Positions 1-8,527 of a stretch of DNA of 64,000 nucleotides are shown one piece after another. The notes beneath the pieces are model-generated. The model worked only from the letters and a program-made list of their open reading frames with translations. It made no database searches and was not told where the DNA came from. Positions within the stretch are counted from its first letter, which is position 1, and each line of letters begins with the position of its first letter. The translations under genes were made by a program, and so were the position numbers. Location of the stretch: sequence record NC_019411.1. The stretch is one strand, 5' to 3'.

Positions 1-236
1 GAGGCGGGGTAGACCACCAGACCCGTGCGGATGTCGATGACCCGCCAGGACCGGTCGTCCGTCTTGCCGACGCCGCAGTCGACGTCCAGGGCGGCTTCGG
101 TCAGGTTGGGGAATTTGGAGTGGAGCTTCCACGTCCGCTCGGCGTCTGGAATCGACGCCCGGTTGCCGTAGTAACGGTTGTTCGGAAGGGGATAGAACCC
201 CTGGAGCCAGAACGGATCGTGAGCCTGGGCGCTCAA
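1..236 (-). CDS. hypothetical protein (runs off window edge)
   Basis: TTG start overlapping stop of upstream ORF; open to position 1. Confidence 0.4.
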   Translation of the reverse strand, partial: MSAQAHDPFWLQGFYPLPNNRYYGNRASIPDAERTWKLHSKFPNLTEAALDVDCGVGKTDDRSWRVIDIRTGLVVYPA

Positions 237-523
237 CGGTGATCCTCGCGCTTGAAGCGGCCGTTCTCGTCATAGCGATCGGGATTGGCGCCGGGGGCGT
301 GGAAGCCCGCCATCGAGCCGATCTCCATGGCCGCGCGCTGCGCCGGCGTGACGCCCATGCGCTGGTTCATGGCGGTGACGGCGGCCTCGCCCTGGACCCC
401 GTAGTCGGTCGCGTAGTAGCCGGTCTCATCCTTCTTCAGGATGACCGTCTCGCCCGTCTCGATGTTGATCGAGTAGCAGAGGTCGGGCAGGGCCGCGAGA
501 TTGATCTGGCGTTGGGTCAGCAT
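233..523 (-). CDS. hypothetical protein
   Basis: AGGAGG RBS, directly behind cassette promoter. Confidence 0.8.
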   Translation of the reverse strand: MLTQRQINLAALPDLCYSINIETGETVILKKDETGYYATDYGVQGEAAVTAMNQRMGVTPAQRAAMEIGSMAGFHAPGANPDRYDENGRFKREDHR

Positions 524-581
524 GGAGGCCTCCTTGTTGTCGTCGAGGATGGCTTCTAGCCGGCCCAGGTCACGTTGTCAA
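524..581 (-). promoter_or_regulatory. sigma70-type cassette promoter + GACGACAAC + RBS
   Basis: TTGACA(581-576)-N17-TAGAAG...GACGACAAC AAGGAGG. Confidence 0.8.
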
Positions 582-898
582 CACTCGACAGCCAAGTAGA
601 CGTTGCGGCGCGGCTCATAGGGGAGATCGTTGGCGATCGCCATCAGCCAGCCGGCGTGGCAGCGCTTGGGAGCGCAGTGGCAGACGAGATGGAAGCCCTT
701 GAAGTTGGCCTTGACCCAGGCGACGAACGCCTCGTCCTTGGACTTCAGGGCGATGTACTTGTCGATCACTGTGTCGCGATCGCCATCCTGACCGATGCGG
801 AACTCGTTGCCCGCCGGGGTCCCCCGGCCGACGTACTTGGACATCGGCGGGAGATGGCCTGGGAACTCGCTTCGGCTGAGAACGCGCAGTTCGATCAT
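578..898 (-). CDS. DUF4326 family protein
   Basis: YVGRGTPAGNEF...LVCHCAPKRCHA motifs. Confidence 0.75.
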   Translation of the reverse strand: MIELRVLSRSEFPGHLPPMSKYVGRGTPAGNEFRIGQDGDRDTVIDKYIALKSKDEAFVAWVKANFKGFHLVCHCAPKRCHAGWLMAIANDLPYEPRRNVYLAVEC

Positions 899-1539
899 GC
901 CGCCCGGCTCTCCACGTAGTCGGCGAGGATCGCCAGGGTGTCCTCGGCCGAGGTGTGGAGGATCGAGAAGCCCCCAGCCCGGTTCCAGGCCACGCAGTTG
1001 GCGACGCGGTCGTCGATCAGGATTTGGTGGTCGGAGTGCTTGCGGTGCATGAATTCCTGCTTCTTGGCCGAGGTCGTGCAGATGAAGCGGTGGTCCTCGA
1101 TCCGGATGCGATCGGGCACCATGCCGGCCACGGCCTCGTCCCCGGAGAACATCTTGGAGAACGCCTCGGGCAGAAGCGTCTCCTCGATCCAGCGCCGCTT
1201 GCCATAGGCCGCGCCCAGCCAGTAGGGGTGGATCAGGAAGTCCTCGTCCGTCGCCCCGAACTTGGGCGAGGCGGTCAGGATGATCGGATCGGCCTCGAAC
1301 ACCGCCGTGTAGAGGTCGACGGCGCCGGGCATGAACGGCAGGGTCTCGAAGAAGTTCGTGCCCTCGATCTTGCGGTACATCCCCTGCTTCCAGAGGTTGG
1401 CTTCGTCGTCCATCGCGTGGCTCGACTTGTTGTACTCGGGATCGGGCTCGAACCCGAGCCGGCGGATGCCCGCGTCGAAATCGGCCAGGACGCCGTCCAT
1501 GTCGAGATAGATGGCGAAGTTCTTCAGGTTCATGGTCAC
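895..1539 (-). CDS. HAD-family 5'(3')-deoxyribonucleotidase-like protein
   Basis: YLDMDGVLADF, ILTASP, ILIDDRVANC motifs. Confidence 0.8.
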   Translation of the reverse strand: MTMNLKNFAIYLDMDGVLADFDAGIRRLGFEPDPEYNKSSHAMDDEANLWKQGMYRKIEGTNFFETLPFMPGAVDLYTAVFEADPIILTASPKFGATDEDFLIHPYWLGAAYGKRRWIEETLLPEAFSKMFSGDEAVAGMVPDRIRIEDHRFICTTSAKKQEFMHRKHSDHQILIDDRVANCVAWNRAGGFSILHTSAEDTLAILADYVESRAA

Positions 1540-1736
1540 TCCGGAAATTGCGCGTGCAGCCCCATGGCGATGCGCGCCAGTTCGTAGGCGGTCTTGGTCT
1601 CCAACTCGCGGGTCGGCGTGCGCTCGATCTTGAGTTGGTCGCTCATCATGTGGATGGCGTGGATGATGTCGCTCTTGCGCCTCTTCTCGTAGTAGCGGTG
1701 CGACGCGGTGGCGCGGATTTCGACGATCGCCATCAC
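1536..1736 (-). CDS. hypothetical protein
   Basis: packed co-oriented ORF, overlapping start/stop. Confidence 0.6.
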   Translation of the reverse strand: MMAIVEIRATASHRYYEKRRKSDIIHAIHMMSDQLKIERTPTRELETKTAYELARIAMGLHAQFPE

Positions 1737-2095
1737 AGGGCTCCCGCGCAGGCCAGAGCCATCGCCCAGCCGCGCTCGGTCGGCTCGAAGCGGGCGATCG
1801 GCCCCTTGACGTTCGGATCGTCGGAGAAATGCGGGTCGAGCCAGCCCTTGTTGGCGTGGATCACCTCGTCGAGCGAGCGCGCCTCATAGACCAGGATTTT
1901 GCGGCCCTCGTAGTTGAGGGCGTCGGGGTACATGATCTCGACCACCGTGCAGCGGCCGACCTCCTGGCCCCGGATGAGCCTCCAGCGCGCCGGGTCGGGA
2001 TCGCCCGGCGTCAGCGTCACGGGAGACTGCCCGCCGGAGAAAAGCCGCATCTTGCTGGGCTCACGCGCCGAGCGTCCGGTCGAGAACAATCGCAT
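1733..2095 (-). CDS. hypothetical protein
   Basis: packed ORF; start re-chosen at ATG 2095. Confidence 0.6.
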   Translation of the reverse strand: MRLFSTGRSAREPSKMRLFSGGQSPVTLTPGDPDPARWRLIRGQEVGRCTVVEIMYPDALNYEGRKILVYEARSLDEVIHANKGWLDPHFSDDPNVKGPIARFEPTERGWAMALACAGAL

Positions 2096-2102
2096 CCCCA
2101 CC

Positions 2103-2489
2103 CTAGTCTCCCAGGCCCTGCATGGCGTTGTCGCGACTGTCCTCGGCGTCGGGCCGAGACGCCAGGGCCGCCAGAAGGTCAACCGAGAGGTGGCGGTTGT
2201 AGATCGCCACGCCCTTATACTTGAAAAGCTCGCTGGCCTCGTGAATCAGCGCCCGCTCAACCGCCGCCCAGGCCGTCTGGACGATCTCGGTGTCGGTGGC
2301 GTAGTAGGAGAGCTTCCACTTGCGCCCCTTCCACATCTCCGGCTCGCCGGTGACGGTGTTGACCCCGTCCTTGCAGACGATCTGGAGCCAGACCTCCGTG
2401 CGGCTGGTCCCGAGTCGGAACTCGAAGCCAGGATAGCTCAGGCGGTCGACGATGGTGCGGATCGATTGGGCGCTGCGACGATTCGCCAT
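2103..2489 (-). CDS. hypothetical protein
   Basis: packed co-oriented ORF, phage-like codon bias. Confidence 0.7.
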   Translation of the reverse strand: MANRRSAQSIRTIVDRLSYPGFEFRLGTSRTEVWLQIVCKDGVNTVTGEPEMWKGRKWKLSYYATDTEIVQTAWAAVERALIHEASELFKYKGVAIYNRHLSVDLLAALASRPDAEDSRDNAMQGLGD

Positions 2490-2491
2490 GC

Positions 2492-2953
2492 TCAGGGCCT
2501 CGACTTGATCAGCTTCTTCTTGCGTCGGGGCGGGCGCGGCGCGAGCGGGAAGCCGTGATCCGCGTACACGGGTTCGGGCGGCGGGGCGGGGAGGTCCGCC
2601 GGGCGTTCCAGGCTAAAGGCGTCCGCGTCGAGGTCGTAGATCGACACCCGATCGCTGTAGCCGTAGCGGTTGTCATGGTAGGTGATCCCGACGTCTCCCA
2701 GGCTGGAGACCATGATCACCCGGCAGGCCTTGCCCTTGTAGCGGCCGTAGAGCTTCGGCATGAAGCCGGCCTCCTCGATCGCCAGGGTCTCGGTGGCGTT
2801 GCCGGCGTTCAGCGCCAGAAAGCCCCGCACGATGGCCGGCAGCTTGTAGTCGCAGATCGCGCGGCTGTTGCTGACCTCGTAGGGCATGCCGATCTTGCCC
2901 TCCATCAAGGCGCCCAGGACCTCGGCGTCGCTCAGGGTTTCAGTCTCGGCCAT
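2492..2953 (-). CDS. hypothetical protein
   Basis: start re-chosen at MAETET; basic C-terminal tail. Confidence 0.7.
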   Translation of the reverse strand: MAETETLSDAEVLGALMEGKIGMPYEVSNSRAICDYKLPAIVRGFLALNAGNATETLAIEEAGFMPKLYGRYKGKACRVIMVSSLGDVGITYHDNRYGYSDRVSIYDLDADAFSLERPADLPAPPPEPVYADHGFPLAPRPPRRKKKLIKSRP

Positions 2954-3209
2954 AGGTGATCCTGTACGGGAGCCCGCCGACGCAGATTTTCCCGCGTCGG
3001 CCGTCGGCGGTGGTGAAGCGGAAGCCCTGGCGGCTCTTGGTGCCGGCGCAGGACCACCATGCGCGGTGGAAGCTGACGACCTCGACGCCGGTGTCGCGCT
3101 CGACCAGATGTCGAGCATGACGTCCCTCCCAGGTGTAGGCCCAGACCCCGATGGCGAAGAAGACCAGAGTCAGGGAGCCATAGACGGCCCCTTTGACATA
3201 GTCCTCCAT
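2940..3209 (-). CDS. small membrane protein
   Basis: N-terminal hydrophobic segment. Confidence 0.65.
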   Translation of the reverse strand: MEDYVKGAVYGSLTLVFFAIGVWAYTWEGRHARHLVERDTGVEVVSFHRAWWSCAGTKSRQGFRFTTADGRRGKICVGGLPYRITYGRD

Positions 3210-3586
3210 CAGGCCGCCACGAGCCCGGTGATCACGTCGGTGACGATGCGACGCTTCTCGGCCGGCATGCCCGCCAGCGCCAGGATCGTCTTGGCGCCGA
3301 TCTCGGCGACGGCGGTCTCGACGTCGGCCCGGCCGTCGGTCAGGAACGCCGGATCGTCGACCGGCGGATAGAAATGCCCGATGTCCTTCTTCAGGAACTG
3401 GGCCGCCTCATAGAGCTTCGAGGACGAGATGCGGTTATGCCCGCGCTCGTATTTCTGGACCTGCTGGAAGGTCACGCCGATCGCCTCGGCGAGTTGGCCT
3501 TGCGAGAAGCCGGCCGTCTTGCGGGTGTCGCGCAGCTTGCGCCCCACATAGACGTCGACGGGGTGCGGGGTCTTGTCGTCAGCCAT
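3209..3586 (-). CDS. XRE-family HTH transcriptional regulator
   Basis: HPVDVYVGRKLR...SQGQLAEAIGVTFQQVQKYERGHNRIS. Confidence 0.9.
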   Translation of the reverse strand: MADDKTPHPVDVYVGRKLRDTRKTAGFSQGQLAEAIGVTFQQVQKYERGHNRISSSKLYEAAQFLKKDIGHFYPPVDDPAFLTDGRADVETAVAEIGAKTILALAGMPAEKRRIVTDVITGLVAA

Positions 3587-4565
3587 GAGCGGCTTCCTCC
3601 TTCTGCTTCTTGGACCGCAGGTCGCGGCGGTGTTTAAAGGCCGCGCGCAGGGCCTGGGTGGTGTCGTCGTGCATGCCCAGGTCCGCCCCATCGGGCGCGA
3701 CCACGCTGTTCTGGAGACCGAACCGATAGCCCTCGGCCGTCAGTTCATAGACCGCCTGCTCCTCGTGCATCTGGGCGAGGTGGCGATAATATTCGGCCAG
3801 CGCCAGTTCGTAGTCGCCCAGGAAGAGGCGCGCGTTGCGCTCGACGCCGGCGACCTCGGCGCGGAAGGTCAGCAGGAACCGCCCAGGCCCGACATGCGTC
3901 AGATTGTAGCCGTGTTCGGCCAGCACCTCGTCGACGGTCTTGGTGACCGTGTAGATGTGGAAGGTGTAGACGGCTTCGATGTGGGTGTCGTCGTAGAGAT
4001 ACTCGGACCGGTTTTGATGCTCGCCGATGTAGGGACCCCACTTGTGGTAGCGCCAGCCGCCGGACGCGGGCTGGTGCTCACGCCGGACTTCCACCATCGA
4101 GATGAAGTAGGGCGTGTCCGGATCGTCGATCAGGTCGGGGATGCAGGCGAGAAGCTGCTCGGGGCTGTCGCAGACGCCGTAGCTTTCGACCAGATAGGGG
4201 ATGCGCCTATAGCCCTCGGGGACCGGCGGGACCTCGTCCAGGTACTCGGTGTCGAGCACCTCGATCTTGTACTTGTCGTGGAGCAGCTTGATCCGCGCCT
4301 CGCGGCGGTCTCCGTCGGCCTTGATCCAGGCCCGGACCGCAGCGCTGCGTTCCTCCTCGGTCTGCCCGCGTTCGTAGGGCGGACCCCACTTGCTGTCGAG
4401 GTCCTCGATCTTTTCGACGATCTCGTACTCGGGATTCCAGGAGCCCATCGAGTAGACGCCCTGGTGGAGGCGAATGGGCTTGCGGGCGCGGTTGTTCATT
4501 TCCGCGATCATCTTGGCGATCGGGTCGACTTCCGAGGTGGGGCGCAGGGTGATGTCGTAGAGCAT
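3579..4565 (-). CDS. hypothetical protein
   Basis: 328 aa; TGATG coupling; YGVCDSPEQ and GGWRYHKWGPYIG blocks. Confidence 0.75.
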   Translation of the reverse strand: MLYDITLRPTSEVDPIAKMIAEMNNRARKPIRLHQGVYSMGSWNPEYEIVEKIEDLDSKWGPPYERGQTEEERSAAVRAWIKADGDRREARIKLLHDKYKIEVLDTEYLDEVPPVPEGYRRIPYLVESYGVCDSPEQLLACIPDLIDDPDTPYFISMVEVRREHQPASGGWRYHKWGPYIGEHQNRSEYLYDDTHIEAVYTFHIYTVTKTVDEVLAEHGYNLTHVGPGRFLLTFRAEVAGVERNARLFLGDYELALAEYYRHLAQMHEEQAVYELTAEGYRFGLQNSVVAPDGADLGMHDDTTQALRAAFKHRRDLRSKKQKEEAAHG

Positions 4566-4846
4566 CAGGCGGCGCCCTGGGCGATTTCGTAGGTGATCTT
4601 CGAGACGCCGATATCGACCACGAACCGGTCGGGCGAGCCGTCGAACACGTAGTTGGCCTGACACCCGATCGGCATCATCTTGCCGTTGTCCATCCAGATC
4701 GCGTCCGGCGTGGCCTCGACCACGCCGCGCACCTGCGCCTGGGCCGGAGAAGGTTGCATTTCCACGCCGCCCACGGTGATCGCCACGGCCGCGAGACGCG
4801 CGCCCGGCTGGTTCAACTTGGCGATCAGGTCCTGGATCGAGTTCAC
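4565..4846 (-). CDS. hypothetical protein
   Basis: GTG start with AAGGAGG RBS behind cassette promoter. Confidence 0.7.
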   Translation of the reverse strand: MNSIQDLIAKLNQPGARLAAVAITVGGVEMQPSPAQAQVRGVVEATPDAIWMDNGKMMPIGCQANYVFDGSPDRFVVDIGVSKITYEIAQGAA

Positions 4847-4906
4847 GCGGCCTCCTTCTGTCGTTGTGTCGACATAAGCTCTAGCCGTGGTTTTCCGGCC
4901 TGTCAA
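4847..4906 (-). promoter_or_regulatory. cassette promoter (variant GACACAAC)
   Basis: TTGACA-N17-TAGAGC...GACACAAC...GAAGGAGG. Confidence 0.75.
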
Positions 4907-4925
4907 CACACAACCGCCAAGGGTC

Positions 4926-4957
4926 AAAAGAAAACCGCCGCCCCGAAGGACGGCGGT
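4926..4957 (-). terminator. intrinsic terminator
   Basis: GC stem with TTCG loop followed by TTTTCTTTT on minus strand. Confidence 0.75.
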
Positions 4958-4983
4958 CATGACAGAGCATGTCAGGAGGGACG

Positions 4984-7107
4984 TCAGACGTCCAGAGCGA
5001 AGACCGGCGGGGAGACGTCCGGCTTCTGAATGATGAATCCCCGATCCAAGAGGGGCGGGAAGACCTGCTTGAGCACGCCGGCCGCGACCCCGGCTTCCTC
5101 GGCGATTTCGGCGAACGTGAAGGCCTCGCGCTGACCGGCGCTGGCGACAAACAGATCGTTGAGCGCCAGGATCACCGCGCCCGCCGGACTGATCTCGTAG
5201 GCCATGTCGAAATTCGGGTCTTCCGATAGCCGCAGCAGGCCTTCCGCCTCCAGGTTCGCGATGAGCGCCTTGAGTTGGTCGACCTTGACCGCGCCAAGAT
5301 GGGTTTGGATTTCCCAGGGCGTCGCCGGCTCCTCGGCGCGCACGGCTTGCAGCGTCGCGATCAAGGCGATCGCCGGCATGGCCCGCACGATCATCTCGTC
5401 GCCAACCGTCAGGTCCGGGGCGTTGACCAGCAGGTCATTGATCACCGCGTCGCCGTGGGTCTCGACATAGGTCCGCAGCCGCTTGAGGGCGACCAGGAAA
5501 TCGTCCTTGGTGATCGGCTCGATGCGGAAGGTCAGGAGCGGGTCGGTCGGAATCTCCGAGAAGTAGGCCCGACCCCGGTGGCTCCAGCCCTCGACCACAT
5601 GCAGGAAGAGATCGATCGGCATGGCGACGGCGCCAAAGCCCAGTCGCGCATCGTCCGTCGCCTCCTCGACCTGCGCCAAGGCGTTGTCGATCGCTTCGAG
5701 CGTGAAGCCCCCGACAAGGCCGTTTTCCGCCGCGTCCAGCACGTTGGCCGCTTCTTCGGTGCCGAGCCCTTCGACGACCATTTCCGAGGCCTCCTGAGCC
5801 GTTTCCTGCGGCAGGGCGTCGGCGAGCTTGCTCATCGCCTCGGCGACGCCGCTCGTATCGAGTTCCAGCTTCAGGGCCAGCTTCTCGGGACGCGCCGAGT
5901 AGGGCACGCCCTGGATCACCACGGCGCCCAGGTCGCCGACGACGCGCTTGGTCACTTCCAGATAGGCGTAGCGCGAGGCGGCGTTGAGCAACGACAGCCG
6001 TTCGAAGACGATCTGCTGCTCCTGCTCGCGCGACAGGATGCCCGTCTCCAGGATGAACAGCGGCTCGGAGCCATCCAGCGGGGGCTTGGCCTCGCCGTCG
6101 TCTTCCGGAAGGTCCTCGTCGAAATCGGCGCCGCTGATCGGCTCGCTCTCCGGCGGGGTGAAGCGGATGCCCGGCTCGCGGGGCGGTTCGGCGGGAGTGG
6201 CGTCGTCGAGAGGCATGTCGGTCCTTTGAGGCTTGGAGGTGATGAAGAGCGTGGTGAGATCGACGTCCCAGACCCCGCGCCCGTCGGTGAAGAGCGCCAT
6301 GAAGGTCCCCAGGCGCGCATCCCAGCGGATGGTCTGGATCACGCCGTTGACGTCGCCATAGACGCCGGTCGCCCCCACGAGTTCATCGCGCAGGACCTCC
6401 GCATGGTCGTGGCACTCGCCGAGCGTCGCCGGGCGCACGGCGTGGAACGGGTATTGCTGGTAGGCGCCCGGCGGCGAGACGAGGCGGACATTGACGTAGA
6501 GCGGCCCCAGATAGGTGTGGGCGTCGCGCAGGAAGCCGACCACGGTCTCCCCGTCGTTCTGGGTCGCCACCACGGGCATGCCGGCGCAGTTAGCCGTCAG
6601 GACCGCCGGATAGTCCTGGGGATAGGCCACGGCGTACAGGTGGAGATGATCACCCCGGCGCTGGGCCTTCCAGTCGGCGACACACCAAGCCGCCACCCGC
6701 GTGGCCCCGAACTCCGGCGTCTCCTCGATCAAGACGCCGCCGTCCGGAAGGTCCGCCTGCCCGACGTAAGGAACGACCTCGCTATGGCTGACGCTCCAGG
6801 CGGGCTTGGGAAATTGCGGGGTGATCATGAGCTTCTCGGTGAAGGTGAGATTGATGGCGTCGGCGTAGTGAACATACGGGCCGACCGGGGTAGTCCAGGG
6901 CGGATCACCCTTGCGGATGTCCGACAGCGGCACCGCGACGTGCCTGCCGTTGGGCTGGACGATGTCGGCCAGGATGCGCGGCGGCTGGTGCATCAGGGTC
7001 ACGACGTGCCCCTCGCCCGCCTCGAAGGTGCGGCTCTTGGGCCACCAGACCTTGGACCCGGTCCAGTGGATCGACTGGATGACGAGGTCTTGTTCGGTCC
7101 CGATCAT
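4984..7107 (-). CDS. large hypothetical protein with C-terminal winged-helix-like segments
   Basis: 707 aa; LIANLEAEGLLRL...YEISPAG and FAEIAEEAGV...LLDRGFI. Confidence 0.75.
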   Translation of the reverse strand: MIGTEQDLVIQSIHWTGSKVWWPKSRTFEAGEGHVVTLMHQPPRILADIVQPNGRHVAVPLSDIRKGDPPWTTPVGPYVHYADAINLTFTEKLMITPQFPKPAWSVSHSEVVPYVGQADLPDGGVLIEETPEFGATRVAAWCVADWKAQRRGDHLHLYAVAYPQDYPAVLTANCAGMPVVATQNDGETVVGFLRDAHTYLGPLYVNVRLVSPPGAYQQYPFHAVRPATLGECHDHAEVLRDELVGATGVYGDVNGVIQTIRWDARLGTFMALFTDGRGVWDVDLTTLFITSKPQRTDMPLDDATPAEPPREPGIRFTPPESEPISGADFDEDLPEDDGEAKPPLDGSEPLFILETGILSREQEQQIVFERLSLLNAASRYAYLEVTKRVVGDLGAVVIQGVPYSARPEKLALKLELDTSGVAEAMSKLADALPQETAQEASEMVVEGLGTEEAANVLDAAENGLVGGFTLEAIDNALAQVEEATDDARLGFGAVAMPIDLFLHVVEGWSHRGRAYFSEIPTDPLLTFRIEPITKDDFLVALKRLRTYVETHGDAVINDLLVNAPDLTVGDEMIVRAMPAIALIATLQAVRAEEPATPWEIQTHLGAVKVDQLKALIANLEAEGLLRLSEDPNFDMAYEISPAGAVILALNDLFVASAGQREAFTFAEIAEEAGVAAGVLKQVFPPLLDRGFIIQKPDVSPPVFALDV

Positions 7108-7529
7108 GCGGACGCCGCCGCGCCGGCCGGCGTCAAGCCGTAGATGGTGGGGCCGCGCGGCGACTTGCCGAGCGCGACCACTTCCAGATAGCCCATATTA
7201 TTCAAAGCCTTGGCTGTTTCATGATCGGGGTGATCGTTGAAGACGTTGAGGCGCCCGCCCTCGCCCATCGCCTGGGCGGCGCGCAGAAGACTCGCCTCGG
7301 CTTCGGTCAGGGTGACCAAGGCGACGTCCTCCAGCGCCACGTCGATCACGCAGGTCTGACCCTGGTGAACGAACTCGATGATCGCCAGCCGGCGATAGGT
7401 CCCCGGCAGGACCGCGAGGCAGACGCCTCGGACCTCGACCTTCTGGCGGGCGGTGATCGGGAGATAGAGGCTCGTCTTGACGGCCTTGCCCTTGAGGGAC
7501 AGATGCTCGTGCGTCGCCAGCGGGATCAT
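7104..7529 (-). CDS. hypothetical protein, C-terminal winged-helix-like
   Basis: TAKALNNMGYLEV...YGLTPAG. Confidence 0.7.
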   Translation of the reverse strand: MIPLATHEHLSLKGKAVKTSLYLPITARQKVEVRGVCLAVLPGTYRRLAIIEFVHQGQTCVIDVALEDVALVTLTEAEASLLRAAQAMGEGGRLNVFNDHPDHETAKALNNMGYLEVVALGKSPRGPTIYGLTPAGAAASA

Positions 7530-7771
7530 GGCTCGACCTTCCGGACAGTGTAGGAGAATTCGTCGTGGACGCGACCGTCGAAACTAGCCTCGTAGCCGGG
7601 GCCGAGTTCGGCCAGGATGCGCGCCTCGATCTCGGCGAAGTCGATGTTCGCCATCGCCTGTTCGGCCGCCCGCATCTGCTGGAGGAAGCCGTCCTTGATC
7701 TGGCGCCCCGCCTCGGTGCGGATCGGGATGTTCTGGATCGGCGGCTCGGATTTCGACAGACGCTCGCCCAT
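7526..7771 (-). CDS. miniature family-A DNA polymerase palm-like protein (81 aa)
   Basis: RLSKSEPPIQNIPIRTEAGRQIKDGF, DFAEIEARILA, VHDEF; TGATG-coupled to gcrA. Confidence 0.75.
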   Translation of the reverse strand: MGERLSKSEPPIQNIPIRTEAGRQIKDGFLQQMRAAEQAMANIDFAEIEARILAELGPGYEASFDGRVHDEFSYTVRKVEP

Positions 7772-8319
7772 CAGGCCCTCCGGCGATAGACCCGCACCGG
7801 GCGGGTGGGGAGGCGTTTCTCGGGCGGCTTGTAGGCGACCAGGGCATGGCTGATGCAGTAGACGCCTGCCTCGGCGCGGCACCCGCAATGGCCAAAGTCC
7901 GGCGAGTTCGGGTCGCCATAGGGCCAGCGGCACATTCCGCGCTTGAGTTCGGCCGTCGCGAACAGCCGCGCCGGGCGCGGCGGGATGACCGCCGTTCCTT
8001 CGGGGACCAGGGCGAGCTTGGGCTTGGCCGGCGGAGCGGGCTTTTCGACCTTCTTGGGCTTGCGCGCCGTGGCCTTCTTGACCTTGCGGACCTGGATGCC
8101 CAGGCCGCGCGTCTTCTTGCGGCGGGCGGTCGGAGGCGGAACCTTCTCGCCCAGTTCGCCGGCGGCCTTCAGTCGGTCGGCCTTGCCGCAGACGGCGCTC
8201 TTGGTGCGCGGCACGCTCAGGCGCTGACCGATCTCCTTGGTCCCGACCGGCTCCGCCCAGAGCTTCTTGAGCAGGGCGATGTCCTCGTCCGGCCAGTCGG
8301 AATTCCGCTTCTTCACCAC
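7771..8319 (-). CDS. gcrA: GcrA-family cell-cycle transcriptional regulator
   Basis: N-term WPDEDIALLKKLW...TKSAVCGKADRL; C-term CRWPYGDP...CGC...YCISH. Confidence 0.9.
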   Translation of the reverse strand: MVKKRNSDWPDEDIALLKKLWAEPVGTKEIGQRLSVPRTKSAVCGKADRLKAAGELGEKVPPPTARRKKTRGLGIQVRKVKKATARKPKKVEKPAPPAKPKLALVPEGTAVIPPRPARLFATAELKRGMCRWPYGDPNSPDFGHCGCRAEAGVYCISHALVAYKPPEKRLPTRPVRVYRRRA

Positions 8320-8326
8320 GCTTGCA

Positions 8327-8506
8327 CTACTCCTTGATCTCGACGCTCTTGGGCGGATTGGGATGAGGAACGAAGACCAGGGCCACGTCCTGACCGCCGG
8401 TATAGCGCGTGCGCCGACTGTAGAGCCAGCCGCCTTCCACCGCCAACCGCTCGGTCACCTGACCATCGGCTTCGTCGATCTTTTCCCACTTGGACTTCTT
8501 AGCCAT
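8327..8506 (-). CDS. small hypothetical protein (59 aa, absent from ORF track)
   Basis: GAGGGG RBS, ATG 8506, TAG 8329-8327; MAKKSKWEKIDE... Confidence 0.6.
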   Translation of the reverse strand: MAKKSKWEKIDEADGQVTERLAVEGGWLYSRRTRYTGGQDVALVFVPHPNPPKSVEIKE

Positions 8507-8527
8507 CTTCCCCTCGAATTTGGCGGC

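Noticed and set aside
7526-7933. Mini-PolA as the phage replicative polymerase, or the 135-aa ORF-track version
   Set aside because: No fingers, thumb or exonuclease, and no adjacent pol fragments in other frames. The 5' extension overlaps gcrA and is low-complexity, so ATG 7771 was preferred.
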